This document shows positions 63,782 to 64,000 of a DNA stretch of 64,000 bases, piece after piece. Numbering within the stretch: position 1 is the stretch's first letter; each line of letters begins with the position of its first letter. Source of the stretch: Actinobacillus sp. (GTDB taxonomy: Bacteria; Pseudomonadota; Gammaproteobacteria; Enterobacterales; Pasteurellaceae); NCBI GenBank assembly GCA_020026115.1, contig JAHHQY010000003.1, positions 4,919 through 68,918 on the forward strand, given 5' to 3'. A program made the translations under genes and the position numbers. The notes below the pieces were generated by a model. The model ran no database searches, had not been told where the DNA came from, and was given only the letters and a program-made list of their open reading frames with translations.

Positions 63782-64000
63782 GTGAAAGCAATTATTTTAG
63801 CAGCAGGATTAGGTAGTCGTTTTAAAGAAATAACAAAAACAACGCATAAAGCATTATTACCAATTCAAGGTGAACCTAATTTAGAACGAACAATTAAATT
63901 TTTAAAAGAAGCAAATGTTCAAGATATTTATATTGTAACAGGTCATCTTAAGCAAAGTTTTGAATATCTCATAGATAAATATCAGGTAAATTTAATCTTT
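63782..64000 (+). CDS. licC: CTP:phosphocholine cytidylyltransferase LicC-like, N-terminal part (runs off the window)
   Basis: Manual translation from GTG 63782 gives VKAIILAAGLGSRFKEITKTTHKALLPIQGEPNLERTIKFLKEANVQDIYIVTGHLKQSFEYL..., which has the nucleotidyltransferase G-loop and is close to pneumococcal LicC as I recall it. Confidence 0.75.
   Translation, partial: MKAIILAAGLGSRFKEITKTTHKALLPIQGEPNLERTIKFLKEANVQDIYIVTGHLKQSFEYLIDKYQVNLIF

Overview
This is a chromosomal segment with Pasteurellaceae-like gene content and order (about 40% G+C by spot counts), carrying about 62 protein genes and two tandem tRNA-Asp genes. Most of it is housekeeping: tatC, hpt, pmbA, rnhA/dnaQ, corA, trmB, tpiA, gyrA, mrcA, maeB, focA-pflB, prfB (with its +1 frameshift)-lysS, aroG-like, prfA-prmC-kdsA, aspA and groES-groEL. 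Transport and catabolic modules include a type II ABC importer with a coupled methyltransferase, gltS, nupC-deoB-deoD and manXYZ-yobD-manA. No CRISPR, IS element, integrase, prophage or recognisable defence system was seen. The main results are: (1) A 13-mer, YTCGCRCCGAAAA, occurs about 31 times by hand count. It appears as hairpin pairs, as intergenic singles and as frame-restricted copies inside genes. This is how a DNA uptake signal sequence behaves, but it matches neither known Pasteurellaceae type (AAGTGCGGT or ACAAGCGGT), and only a few relic-like Hin-type copies remain. (2) The competence operon in this window is comA-comB-comC-comE. It has no comD (PilP), its ComE secretin is short and appears to lack the N0 domain, and no CRP-S box is visible. 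(3) An AT-rich lic1-type phosphocholine island (licA-licB-licC...) begins right after the last motif copy. (4) GyrA has Ala at QRDR position 83. (5) Several near-consensus CRP sites sit at class I or class II distances from candidate -10 boxes. All calls come from reading the sequence and from recalled family knowledge; no searches were run.
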